Below, in pieces: positions 1 through 9,464 of a stretch of DNA of 64,000 nucleotides. The notes under the pieces were generated by a model. That model did not search any database. It saw nothing but the letters and a program-made list of their open reading frames with translations, and had not been told where the DNA came from. The DNA comes from Anaerolineae bacterium (GTDB taxonomy: Bacteria; Chloroflexota; Anaerolineae; Aggregatilineales; UBA3940). Location: the NCBI GenBank assembly GCA_050288085.1, contig JBNKDD010000002.1, positions 1,603 through 65,602 on the forward strand. The letters run 5' to 3'. Every line of letters begins with the position of its first letter. The stretch's first letter is position 1. The translations under genes were made by a program, and so were the position numbers.

Positions 1-638
1 TATTCATAATCGATGAAGTAATTTTCAACATCAATGGTGACACCGCCCGCCGCATCGACTATAGCGACGAAGGCATCGAAGTTTAGCCTCACCGTCCGAT
101 GAATGGGCACATTAAAATTGTTAGCAACGGTCTGAGCGGCTAGCTGCGGTCCGCTCCCCGCTACGTCAGCTTCACCGAGGATGTGGGCAGCATTAATGCG
201 CTGCTGTCCATATCCAGGCACATCGACATACAAATCACGCGGGATGGATAACATCCCGATATAAGAGTGGCGCGGGTCAACTGTGGTCAGGATGACTGTA
301 TCGGTACGGGTAACCACCCCTTCTCCTGGGCGAGCATCAATACCCAGAACCAGGATATTGGTACGCGGTGGCGGCGCAACAATATACAACAGTACCATCA
401 GAACGGTAAATGCCAGAGCGAACACCCCCCCGGCAATAACCAGCCGGAGCAAGCAGCCAAGACAGGAAGAACGGCGGCGGCGTTTCCGCTCTTTTTTTCG
501 AGATGGTGGTTGTGGTTGAGGGGGTGGCGGTATCTGAGGGCCGGGCTGGGTGACCTCAGCCGGGGATCGCCTGACAGTCTGATCCGGATCGAAGGCTCGG
601 CTTCGCCGCGTTAGATTGGGAGGTTCATAATCTGACAT
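1..638 (-). CDS. LytR-CpsA-Psr (LCP) family protein, 3' end runs off the window
   Basis: Manual translation from ATG at 638: Pro-rich and basic N-terminus, one TM helix, then TNILVLGIDARPGEG..TRTDTVIL..MLSIPRDLYV..RINAAH..NFDAFVAIVDAAGGVTIDV, typical LCP motifs. Absent from the ORF track because it has no stop in the window. Confidence 0.92.
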   Translation of the reverse strand, partial: MSDYEPPNLTRRSRAFDPDQTVRRSPAEVTQPGPQIPPPPQPQPPSRKKERKRRRRSSCLGCLLRLVIAGGVFALAFTVLMVLLYIVAPPPRTNILVLGIDARPGEGVVTRTDTVILTTVDPRHSYIGMLSIPRDLYVDVPGYGQQRINAAHILGEADVAGSGPQLAAQTVANNFNVPIHRTVRLNFDAFVAIVDAAGGVTIDVENYFIDYE

Positions 639-688
639 GAGTGTATTTTATCATCTGTGTGGTTAACAATGATAGTGGGTTGGTGGAA

Positions 689-1234
689 TTATTCCTTGAG
701 ATGCGCCAAACCCAGGCCAATAATTGCCACCGATCCCAGGGTAGGAAACTCGCCGGACTGCAATCCTGCACGGAGGCGATCAACGGTATACAGATGCAGG
801 GTTAATTCCTGTAGGTCACCGGGATCGGGTTTCTTCACCTGGACGGCCTGCAAAGCCAGGTAAGCATGACAGATTCCTGAACCCCGGTTGCCATCTGTTA
901 TCAATATCCCCAGTGATTGCCACTCTGGAGCTTCCATACCGGTTTCTTCGAGAAACTCTCGCTTTGCGCTGAGTAATGGTTCCTCACCCGGCTCAATACT
1001 TCCGGCTGGCAAACCCAATACCCGCCGTTTGAGCGCATGTTTATACTGCTCAACAAGGGGGACTCTTCCATCAGCAGTGAGCGCAAAGATGATGACGTAG
1101 GGAGCCGAATCGATCATGTAGAAATCAGGGATGACGGTCTGCCCATCCTCTAACCGGATCGCTTCCTGGTAAACACGGAACCAGGGTGAGCAGTTCAATA
1201 ATTCCTCGCGCTTCAGAGTTTCCCAACCAGCCAT
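689..1234 (-). CDS. NUDIX hydrolase (ADP-ribose pyrophosphatase-like)
   Basis: Nudix box PAGSIEPGEEPLLSAKREFLEETGM, preceded by LVEQYK. Confidence 0.88.
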   Translation of the reverse strand: MAGWETLKREELLNCSPWFRVYQEAIRLEDGQTVIPDFYMIDSAPYVIIFALTADGRVPLVEQYKHALKRRVLGLPAGSIEPGEEPLLSAKREFLEETGMEAPEWQSLGILITDGNRGSGICHAYLALQAVQVKKPDPGDLQELTLHLYTVDRLRAGLQSGEFPTLGSVAIIGLGLAHLKE

Positions 1235-1236
1235 GA

Positions 1237-2625
1237 CTACGACTCTCCATTCGTAGTGAGATCATCCAGCATAATCACCTGTGGATCGTTGGTATCCGCC
1301 GTGCCGACCAGATCGTAAGGCATCGCCCCGGTAATGCGTACCGGAACAATCTCACCGACCGGCAGTTCGCCCTCGACCAACACCATCCCATCAATTTCGG
1401 GAGCATCCCGGTAGGATCGCCCCACGCTGATCCCATCTCCGAAACCCTCAACCAGGACGGGCAGCGTTTTGCCAATAAATGCCTGGTTACGTTGGAGAGA
1501 GATTTCCTGCTGAAGTTCCATCAATTGAGCACGGCGATCCTGCATTACTTCTTCCGCTACTTGATCAGGCAAATCGGCGCTGGGAGTTCCGGCTTCATAG
1601 CTATAGGTGAAAGCGCCTACCCGGTCGAATTGTAAGTCCTGTACGAAGTTCAAGAGACCGTTGAACTCTTCGTCCGTTTCGCCGGGATAACCAACAATGA
1701 ATGTTGTTCGGATGGCGAGGTCAGGCATAGCCTTACGCATGGTGGCAATAGTCTCCTCCACCCATTCGACCTTTGCAGGTCGGCGCATCCGCTTCAATAC
1801 ATCAGGGTGACCATGTTGAAGAGGCATGTCAAGATAGGGCAAAATGCGCTCATGTCCCGCCATCACATTGATCAGGCGAGGGGTGACATAACCGGGATAG
1901 GCATACATTACCCGAATCCAGGGGACGTTGGGTGTTACTTCAACAATCTGCTCCAACAGAGAAGCCAACCCATCTTTGATCCCAATATCGTGCCCATAAT
2001 CGGTCGTATCCTGGGAGATCAGGATGATCTCCTTGATACCTATATCATCTAATTGGGCAGCCTCATCGATAATCGATTGGACGGGGCGGCTGATCTGTGT
2101 CCCCTTAATGGCCGGGATCGCACAAAAAGCACAGGGACGGCGGCAGCCATCGGCAATCTTGAGGTAGGCGCTCGCCCCCTGAATAGATACCCGAAGGACT
2201 CCCTGCTCATCGGTTCCGACCGTCAGAGCTTCGTCCGGTAAGTGATAGAGCGGTTCAGGATGCTGGCGTTTACGCAGCTTTTTGAGCAGATCGAGGATAT
2301 CCATCCAACGCCGGGTGCCGATCACCCCATCCAATCCGGCGACTTCTTGTGAAAGCGCCGAACCATAGCGCTGAGTCAGGCAGCCAGCCGCTATCAACAA
2401 TTGGTCGGGGCGTTTGGAATCCGCTAACTCCTGCAGGGCCTCGATGCTTTCTTCCCTGGCCGGGCCAATAAAGCCACAGGTATTGACGATCAGGACGCTG
2501 GCCTCTTCCGGGTCGGCGGTTGCATGGTAGCCATCACGGTTCAAAAGCTGTGCCATACTTTCCGAGTCAACGGTATTCTTGGCACAACCCAGACTCAATA
2601 GATAATAAGTGTGTCGGTCAGACAT
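1237..2625 (-). CDS. rimO: Ribosomal protein S12 methylthiotransferase RimO
   Basis: SLGCAKNTVDSE, NTCGFI, AAGCL, radical-SAM CRRPCAFC, YLDMPLQH, C-terminal TRAM with GRSYRDAPEIDG. Confidence 0.95.
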   Translation of the reverse strand: MSDRHTYYLLSLGCAKNTVDSESMAQLLNRDGYHATADPEEASVLIVNTCGFIGPAREESIEALQELADSKRPDQLLIAAGCLTQRYGSALSQEVAGLDGVIGTRRWMDILDLLKKLRKRQHPEPLYHLPDEALTVGTDEQGVLRVSIQGASAYLKIADGCRRPCAFCAIPAIKGTQISRPVQSIIDEAAQLDDIGIKEIILISQDTTDYGHDIGIKDGLASLLEQIVEVTPNVPWIRVMYAYPGYVTPRLINVMAGHERILPYLDMPLQHGHPDVLKRMRRPAKVEWVEETIATMRKAMPDLAIRTTFIVGYPGETDEEFNGLLNFVQDLQFDRVGAFTYSYEAGTPSADLPDQVAEEVMQDRRAQLMELQQEISLQRNQAFIGKTLPVLVEGFGDGISVGRSYRDAPEIDGMVLVEGELPVGEIVPVRITGAMPYDLVGTADTNDPQVIMLDDLTTNGES

Positions 2626-2652
2626 ATCGGCATCCTGAATAGACAGGTGTCC

Positions 2653-3753
2653 CTACGAGTTCGGGGTCGAGGTAGGAACAAAGGTGGACGTTGGCGTGAT
2701 GGTGGGGGTAGGTGTAGGGGTGATCTGCCCGCCCACCGTAAAAATGCGTTCGACGATCTCACCGCGCCCCCCCATCGGGCCGATATCCTGCCCATTATAG
2801 GTGACGATCAATCCGGCCCCATTACCCGTCCGAACGAGAATCTGTTCAGCCCCATCAAATTGGAGCAAGGTCCCCGGTTCAGCCTGGCCTTCGTACTGGG
2901 TTTGCCCATCCACTATAATTGTCGTCCAGGCACGCTGCTCGACCGTAATCGTCAACAGCACCCGGTCCAATATCTGCACCCCGGAGTCCGGGAGAGGGGT
3001 ATCGGTTGGGACAAAGGTTGGACTGGCAGTCGCCTCAGTGCGGGCTTCAAAGGTCTGGAAGAAGGCAGGGTTTTCAGAAGTAGGTACGACATCTTCTACC
3101 GAAATTTTACTGATCTGGGTGGTAACCGCCCAGATAATCACAGCAAACCCGATCAGCAGGATGGCTCCGGTCAGCAAGCCTGAACGGAGAATATTCCCTA
3201 AGGATGACTGGCGAGCCGGTGGTTCTAATACTTCGGTTGAGCGAGGTGGTACCAGACCACCTTGAGCACGGGGCATCGGCGGCGAAGTCGACTCTGCGGC
3301 TCCCATAGAACGAGGGCGAGATGGGCCCACCCGTTGATCCGGGGCGATATAAACAGGGCGCGGCAGCGGTTGGGGTGGCGCTTGCGGTACGGACTCGTCC
3401 GGTATAGGTGGCTGAGATGGATATGCAATAGGGGCGGCTGTGCTTGGTGGTGGAGGAGCCTCGAATACACGACCCGCAGTGACGGTGGTTACTGCCCCGC
3501 CGCTGCTGCCCGTCATATCACCAAAATCTGCCACAATACTGTTAGCATCCAGGTGCAAAAACTGGGCGTAGTTACGCAAAAACCCCCTGGCATGGGTAAT
3601 CGACGGCAGCACACTAAAATCTCCAGTCTCAAGAGCCTGGAGATACTTGACACGAATGCGTGTCTGCGCTTCAACCTCTTCCAGGGAAAGTGCTTGCGAC
3701 TCACGCGCCTGGCGCAGCATCGCCCCTAATGTTTGTAGATTGTCTTCGGCCAC
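2653..3753 (-). CDS. RodZ-like protein (HTH_25, TM helix, DUF4115)
   Basis: LGAMLRQARE..TRIRVKYLQALE..ARGFLRNYAQFL; central TM; C-terminal VRTGNGAGLIVTYNG; adjacent to rimO. Confidence 0.85.
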   Translation of the reverse strand: MAEDNLQTLGAMLRQARESQALSLEEVEAQTRIRVKYLQALETGDFSVLPSITHARGFLRNYAQFLHLDANSIVADFGDMTGSSGGAVTTVTAGRVFEAPPPPSTAAPIAYPSQPPIPDESVPQAPPQPLPRPVYIAPDQRVGPSRPRSMGAAESTSPPMPRAQGGLVPPRSTEVLEPPARQSSLGNILRSGLLTGAILLIGFAVIIWAVTTQISKISVEDVVPTSENPAFFQTFEARTEATASPTFVPTDTPLPDSGVQILDRVLLTITVEQRAWTTIIVDGQTQYEGQAEPGTLLQFDGAEQILVRTGNGAGLIVTYNGQDIGPMGGRGEIVERIFTVGGQITPTPTPTITPTSTFVPTSTPNS

Positions 3754-3827
3754 GTAAACCCTATTTCACGGCAAAGAGCCACCGGCAACTTTGTCCACCG
3801 GTAGATTGCGATAAGCAGCGAGGCTGC

Positions 3828-4436
3828 TTACTCCTCTTCCGCAACGGGCTGTTCGGCTTCTGCTTCAGCTTCTGCTTCAGCTTCGACTTCTTTTACGGCT
3901 TCCTCAACAGCGACCGCTTCAGCTTCTTCCAGGACTTCCTCAGCTTCGGCTTCGGCTTCGACCTCTTCTTCCTCAACCAGGCGCGGGTCTTCGCCTTCGC
4001 GGAAGACGACCACCTTGATGGTCGGTGCAAGCCCGGCATCCAGGCGAACCGGCAGATCAAATTCGCCGAGTTCACGCAGGGGACGATCACCGATGCGCCG
4101 CCGGTCGATTTCCAGGCCAATCTGTTCCTGCAACTGCTCGGCGATCTGTGCATTAGTTACAGAGCCATACAATTTACCGGCGTCGCTTGCCTTGACGCTA
4201 AAGTATAGGGTCAGTTCTTGAATCTGCTCGGCGACCTGACCGAATTCTTTATCACGCTGGGCACGGCGAACCTCGGCCTGTTTGCGGAGATTTTCAAGGC
4301 GACGAAGCATACCGGCTGAAGCCTTCACAGCCATTCCTCTGGGGATCAGGTAATTGCGTGCATAACCGGGTGCAACATCAACGACATCCCCGGCAACCCC
4401 CTGTTTATACACGTCCTCTAGCAGGATAATCTTCAT
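3828..4436 (-). CDS. rplI: 50S ribosomal protein L9 with long acidic C-terminal tail
   Basis: MKIILLEDV..VAPGYARNYLIPRG..GKLYGSVT; start placed at ATG 4436 rather than the longer ORF. Confidence 0.95.
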   Translation of the reverse strand: MKIILLEDVYKQGVAGDVVDVAPGYARNYLIPRGMAVKASAGMLRRLENLRKQAEVRRAQRDKEFGQVAEQIQELTLYFSVKASDAGKLYGSVTNAQIAEQLQEQIGLEIDRRRIGDRPLRELGEFDLPVRLDAGLAPTIKVVVFREGEDPRLVEEEEVEAEAEAEEVLEEAEAVAVEEAVKEVEAEAEAEAEAEQPVAEEE

Positions 4437-4519
4437 AATTTTCTTTAACCTCTGTAATGTTTGTCGGGCGGGTATCTTACCCCATTCACCATATATCAAC
4501 AAGCATCAGCCAGACAATC

Positions 4520-4551
4520 AAAAGGCGGAGCCGGAAAATTCCAGCCCCGCC
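4520..4551 (-). terminator. Intrinsic terminator after clpC
   Basis: Minus strand GGCGGGGCTGG-AATTTT-CCGGCTCCGCC followed by TTTT. Confidence 0.6.
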
Positions 4552-4575
4552 AGGTGTTCACAGTGGAAATAATGT

Positions 4576-7080
4576 CTACGATGTCATAGACACTTCGAGT
4601 TCGTCTTCCTTTTCGCTCTGGGTAAAGGTCAGTTCCTTATCGGCATAATCCATGACGATCAGGCGGCCTGGCTCGAAATTGCCTGACAGAATGCGATCAG
4701 ACAGTGCATCTTCGACCTGATTCTGGATAACGCGGCGTAAAGGCCGGGCACCAAACTCTGGGTCGAACCCTTCTTCAGCCAGATATTCTTTGGCCGCTTC
4801 CGTTGCCTTCAGGTGAACATCATGATCACCTAGACGCTCGCGGACTTCGTCCAGCAGAATATCAACGATTTGCTTGATCTCTTCCTTCGTAAGCGCCCGG
4901 AAGACGATGGTCGCATCAACACGATTCAGAAATTCGGGCCGGAAGGCGCGGCGAAGCTGTTCCATGAGTTTCTTGCGCATCTCATCGTAGGCTTCAACTT
5001 CTTCATGCTCCGCCTCACGTGGGACAGCAAAACCGAGTTGAGCCCCGCGCTTAATCGTATCTGCACCGACATTACTGGTCATGATGATGATCGCATTGCG
5101 GAAGTCAACTGTCCGTCCACGAGCATCCGACAGATGCCCTTCTTCCATAATCTGGAGAAGCATATTGAAGGCTTCCGGGTGCGCCTTTTCGATCTCGTCA
5201 AAGACCACAATCGAGTACGGGCGGCGGCGGACTGCTTCGGTGAGCTGGCCTGCATCCTCATAGCCAACATAGCCTGGGGGTGCACCAACTAACCGCGCAA
5301 CTGTGTGACGCTCCATGAACTCGCTCATATCAAGCTGGATCAGGGCATCTTCGCTGCCGAACAGGAATTCGGCCAGGGCCTTGGTCAGTTCGGTTTTTCC
5401 GACACCGGTTGGGCCTAAGAAGATAAAGGAGCCAATTGGGCGGCGCGGGCTCTTCAGACCGGCACGTGCCCGGCGAACCGCTTTACTGATGGCCTCAATC
5501 GCCTCATCCTGCCCAACAATGCGTTCGTGAAGTACATCTTCCATCTCAAGGAGACGGGCGCTTTCTTCGCTGGCAAGTTGAGTTACAGGGATGCCGGTCC
5601 ACATGGCGACCACTTCGGCGATATCTTCCTCGGTCACCTGAGCCTCACCGGATTCATTCCAGTGTTCGCGGATCGATTGAACCAGTTCTTCCAGTTCCTC
5701 TTTGCGACGCTCAAGGATGATTTTTGCATCCTCTGCCTCGAACTCGTCCGCTTCCAGCTTTTGATTGATTTCTTCCAGTTCTTCCTCAGCGCGGCGATAC
5801 CGGATCGCCTCCGGTGACTTGTACATCCGCACACGGGAAGCGCTCTCGTCGATCAGGTCGATGGCCTTATCCGGCAAGAACCGGTCGGTCACGTAGCGGG
5901 TCGAAAGATGAGCCGCTGCTTCGATGGCCTCATCCGTAATCTTAAGAGCGTGATGTTCTTCGTAGGGTAGACGAATACCCTTCAAAATATTAATGGTTTC
6001 TTCTACGCTGGGTTGATCGACGATCACCGGCTGGAAACGGCGCTCTAATGCCGCATCCGACTCGATGTGACGTCGATATTCGTCCAGGGTGGTCGCGCCG
6101 ATGCATTGCAGTTCGCCGCGTGCCAGCGCCGGTTTGAGGATATTCGCAGCATCAACCGAACTCCCCGCCGAACCTGCACCAACCAGCATGTGCACCTCGT
6201 CAATAAACAGGATGCTCTCGGAGGATTTCAGTTCCTCGATCACCCGCTTGAGGCGTTCTTCAAATTGACCCCGGTACATCGTACCGGCAACCAGTGATCC
6301 CACATCAAGCTGAAGCACCCGCTTGCCAAGCAGTGGGCCGGGTGTCTCACCCTCGATAATGCGTTGGGCCAGCCCTTCGACAATGGCCGTTTTGCCCACG
6401 CCCGGTTCACCGATCAGTGCCGGGTTATTTTTGGTACGGCGGCTGAGAATCTGGATAACCCGCTCGATCTCCATCTGCCGACCAATCACCGGGTCAAGTT
6501 TGCCTTCCTCGGCCAGCTTGGTCAGGTCGGTTGCCAGCTGGTCGACCAGCGGCGTTTTCTGACCACCACTCGGCTCACGCTTAGAACGGCTTGAACGGGG
6601 TGGTGGAGCCGGTCGTGGAGAAGCCGGGGATGAAGTCCCGCTTTCCAATTCACGCTCGGTCTGTTTCCGAATCTCTTCGGGTGAGATGCTGAGTGCTTTC
6701 AACACGTCAACGGCAACACCCTCGTTGTGACGGGCCAGAGCGAGCAACAGGTGTTCCGTGCCGATATAATGGTGTCCTAACCGGCGAGCTTCTTCCACTG
6801 CCAGTTCAAGGACCTTCTTAGTACCGGGGGATAGATCAAGTTTTGAGAAAGGCGCGCGTTGTCCGGATCGAGTCTTGCGCTCGACCAGTACTTCGATCTT
6901 CTTCTGATCAAGTCCCAAACGACGCAATACACGCCCTGCAACGCCCCCTTCTTCTCGCAGGAGACCCAACAGAAGATGCTCGGTTCCAATATAACTGTGT
7001 TGTAGACGTTCTGCCTCTTCTTGCGCCAGACTCAAAACACGCCGTGCTCGTTGAGTAAAGCGTTGCATCTTATCGGGCAT
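4576..7080 (-). CDS. clpC: ATP-dependent Clp protease ATP-binding subunit ClpC
   Basis: Two Clp-N repeats (IGTEHLLL twice), Walker A GEPGVGKT and GPTGVGKT, short middle coiled coil, LGF ClpP-docking loop, FGARPLRR; start at ATG 7080 preferred. Confidence 0.95.
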   Translation of the reverse strand: MPDKMQRFTQRARRVLSLAQEEAERLQHSYIGTEHLLLGLLREEGGVAGRVLRRLGLDQKKIEVLVERKTRSGQRAPFSKLDLSPGTKKVLELAVEEARRLGHHYIGTEHLLLALARHNEGVAVDVLKALSISPEEIRKQTERELESGTSSPASPRPAPPPRSSRSKREPSGGQKTPLVDQLATDLTKLAEEGKLDPVIGRQMEIERVIQILSRRTKNNPALIGEPGVGKTAIVEGLAQRIIEGETPGPLLGKRVLQLDVGSLVAGTMYRGQFEERLKRVIEELKSSESILFIDEVHMLVGAGSAGSSVDAANILKPALARGELQCIGATTLDEYRRHIESDAALERRFQPVIVDQPSVEETINILKGIRLPYEEHHALKITDEAIEAAAHLSTRYVTDRFLPDKAIDLIDESASRVRMYKSPEAIRYRRAEEELEEINQKLEADEFEAEDAKIILERRKEELEELVQSIREHWNESGEAQVTEEDIAEVVAMWTGIPVTQLASEESARLLEMEDVLHERIVGQDEAIEAISKAVRRARAGLKSPRRPIGSFIFLGPTGVGKTELTKALAEFLFGSEDALIQLDMSEFMERHTVARLVGAPPGYVGYEDAGQLTEAVRRRPYSIVVFDEIEKAHPEAFNMLLQIMEEGHLSDARGRTVDFRNAIIIMTSNVGADTIKRGAQLGFAVPREAEHEEVEAYDEMRKKLMEQLRRAFRPEFLNRVDATIVFRALTKEEIKQIVDILLDEVRERLGDHDVHLKATEAAKEYLAEEGFDPEFGARPLRRVIQNQVEDALSDRILSGNFEPGRLIVMDYADKELTFTQSEKEDELEVSMTS

Positions 7081-7309
7081 AAGTGCAGCCCTCCATATCT
7101 TTCTAACCAATAAACTTATGGGCTGATCGTACCGTATTCAATACAAATCTGCTAGTGTGGCAGTTCTCAAAAGGCAACTGTTATAGATTTCTTATATCAA
7201 TCTTTCTTTCCAAGATTGTGTTGCCCAGATAGACGACCACCCACAACGCAGAACCTATAAATACAGCATATAGGGTACTGGCCCTACATTCAATAAGAAA
7301 AGCGTCCCA

Positions 7310-7858
7310 TCAATTGGAGATAACCTGACAGCCGACTTCGCTTGGATGGTCAAGTACCTGGACAGTGGGAGGTAGGTCACGGATCAACCAGTACACCATC
7401 AGGTCACCGGCGGCGCTGATAAACATGACCGTGCCATAAGCAACCAACCAGCCGCTGTTTACGGCACAACCTATCCACCCCGGTATCAGTCCCAGGGCAA
7501 TGCCCGGAAGCAATACACCAACCCGGTAGGCGGATGCATTGAGTGGCACTTTGCAATGGGCATAAGGGGTCAGGCTTTTGATTCCAAACTCAATGTCCTG
7601 CCACTTGACCCGACCAACGACCATCCATCCGATGGCATGTAGAAGTTCATGAACGACCACACCAACCAGGATAGCGCCCATGAATAGCATCACCTGGAGA
7701 ACTCTAAAAGAGAAGGTGAGCTGTGAAGAGAGCAGAATAAATGGAACGAGGATGATGGCAGCCAGCACCGGCATCAAAATCAATGCATAGAGATTCGCCG
7801 CCAGGAGAGAAACCGTCCGATCTTCGATCGGGGAATCTGATTTTGCGTTCATATCCAA
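7310..7858 (-). CDS. DUF3267 family membrane zincin-like peptidase (paralog 2)
   Basis: HELLHAIGW (HExxH), PYAHC, SAAGDL, C-terminal DHPSEVGC; several TM helices. Confidence 0.82.
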   Translation of the reverse strand: MDMNAKSDSPIEDRTVSLLAANLYALILMPVLAAIILVPFILLSSQLTFSFRVLQVMLFMGAILVGVVVHELLHAIGWMVVGRVKWQDIEFGIKSLTPYAHCKVPLNASAYRVGVLLPGIALGLIPGWIGCAVNSGWLVAYGTVMFISAAGDLMVYWLIRDLPPTVQVLDHPSEVGCQVISN

Positions 7859-7916
7859 TCGTCCTAATCCTCCCGGATTTCACTCCAGCTTGAGCCGGTG
7901 TTTAAAAAATAGCTCA

Positions 7917-8474
7917 TCATCTGTAGATAACCTGGCAGCCCATCTTGCTTGGATGGTCGAGTATCTGGGCGGTTGAAGGCAGGTCCCGAAGCAGCCAGAT
8001 AATCATCAGATCACCGGCGGCACTGGTAAACATTGCTATTCCGAATACAACCCACCAGAAGCTGTTTACCATGCATCCTATCCAGCCGGGGATTAATCCT
8101 AAAACAATGCCAGGAAGTAAGACGGAAAACCGGTATACCGATGCACTAACCGGCACTTTGCAGTGGGTATAGGGAGTCATGCTTTTAACCCCAAACTTGA
8201 TGTCATGCCACTCCACCCGACCGGCGGTCATCCAGCCAATGGCATGCAGAAGTTCATGGAGAATCACACCAACCAGGAAAGCGACCATCAACAATAATAA
8301 TTGTTTAATACTGGGAAGTACCAGAAAGACATCTGGACGCAGCAAACGCAGGATATAGGGAATCAGAATAATGGTTGATAGAAATGGCGTCAAAATCAGT
8401 GCGTAGAGATTTGCTGCCCGGAAGGACATAGTCCGACCCTCGATGCGGGAATCCGCTTCGGTGTCTATAGCCAA
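7917..8474 (-). CDS. DUF3267 family membrane zincin-like peptidase (paralog 1)
   Basis: HELLHAIGW, PYTHC, SAAGDL, DHPSKMGC; clearly similar to the neighbouring ORF. Confidence 0.82.
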   Translation of the reverse strand: MAIDTEADSRIEGRTMSFRAANLYALILTPFLSTIILIPYILRLLRPDVFLVLPSIKQLLLLMVAFLVGVILHELLHAIGWMTAGRVEWHDIKFGVKSMTPYTHCKVPVSASVYRFSVLLPGIVLGLIPGWIGCMVNSFWWVVFGIAMFTSAAGDLMIIWLLRDLPSTAQILDHPSKMGCQVIYR

Positions 8475-8479
8475 TCGTC

Positions 8480-9088
8480 CTAATCCTCCCGCATTTCGCG
8501 CCGACCCTCCAATGCCCCGGTTAAGGTCATGCTGTCGGCGTATTCCAAATCACCACCGACCGGCAAGCCTCGCGCCAGACGGGTCAGGCGCACCCGGCCT
8601 TTTAACTGCCGGTGAAGGTACATCGCCGTAGCATCACCCTCCAACCCAACGTTGGTGGCGATAATCACTTCTTCAACGGGGCCTTGATCGATTCGTGCGA
8701 CCAGTTCCCTGATCTTTAACTGGTCGGGGCCAATGCCTTCGACCGGGTTGATCGCCCCGTGCAGCACATGATAACGTCCCTGGTAGGTTCCAATGCGTTC
8801 GAAGGCTAAAACGTCTAAAGGTTCTTCAACCACACAGATGATCTGTGGGTCGCGTTTTTCATCCGAACAAATCGCGCAGGGTTCTTGCTCGGTGATGTTG
8901 TAGCAGATCGAGCAAAAATGGGTTGACGCCTTCAGATCACGCAGGGCTTCAGCCAGGGCTGCTGCATGTTCTTCCGGCGCACGTAAGAGATAGTATGTCA
9001 GGCGAGCGGCAGTCTTCGGGCCAATCCCCGGCAGGCGGGAAAACTCGTCGATCAGCCGTGTCACCGAAGCCGGGATAGCTTTACTCAT
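8480..9088 (-). CDS. recR: Recombination mediator RecR
   Basis: LPGIGPKTAARL HhH, CSIC..CAIC zinc finger, Toprim CVVE..YHVLHG..EGDATA. Confidence 0.97.
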   Translation of the reverse strand: MSKAIPASVTRLIDEFSRLPGIGPKTAARLTYYLLRAPEEHAAALAEALRDLKASTHFCSICYNITEQEPCAICSDEKRDPQIICVVEEPLDVLAFERIGTYQGRYHVLHGAINPVEGIGPDQLKIRELVARIDQGPVEEVIIATNVGLEGDATAMYLHRQLKGRVRLTRLARGLPVGGDLEYADSMTLTGALEGRREMRED

Positions 9089-9093
9089 CTGGT

Positions 9094-9459
9094 CTACATA
9101 AGGCCGGGGATGTTCAAACCACCGGTCAGTCCTTCAAGCCGTTCAGCGGCCATGGTTTGAGATTGTTCAATAGCCTGGTTGACGGCAGCAACCAATAAAT
9201 CTTGCAGCATTTCCAGGTCTTCTGGATCGACGATCTCCGGTTTGAGTGCAATCGATTTAATGCGCTGGTGACCGGTGATGACAATTGTTACCATGCCGCC
9301 TCCGGCAGTCACTTCGACCGTCTCATCGGCCAGCGCTTCCTGGGCCTTGACCATCTCCTGCTGCATCTGTTGGATTTGCTGGGCTAAACCAGCCCCACCA
9401 CCGGCTGATCGGCTGGGTCCTGGAGTCCGTCGATATTTCTGTCCTTTACCTTTTGCCAT
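9094..9459 (-). CDS. ybaB: YbaB/EbfC nucleoid-associated protein
   Basis: AGGGMVTIVITG..DPEDLEMLQDLLVAAVNQA; canonical dnaX-ybaB-recR order. Confidence 0.93.
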   Translation of the reverse strand: MAKGKGQKYRRTPGPSRSAGGGAGLAQQIQQMQQEMVKAQEALADETVEVTAGGGMVTIVITGHQRIKSIALKPEIVDPEDLEMLQDLLVAAVNQAIEQSQTMAAERLEGLTGGLNIPGLM

Positions 9460-9464
9460 CTGAT

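Noticed and set aside
267-863. Short plus-strand ORFs at the window start
   Set aside because: They are antisense to the LCP and NUDIX genes.
7111-7309. CtsR or CIRCE operator upstream of clpC
   Set aside because: No GGTCAAA direct repeat or CIRCE palindrome found.
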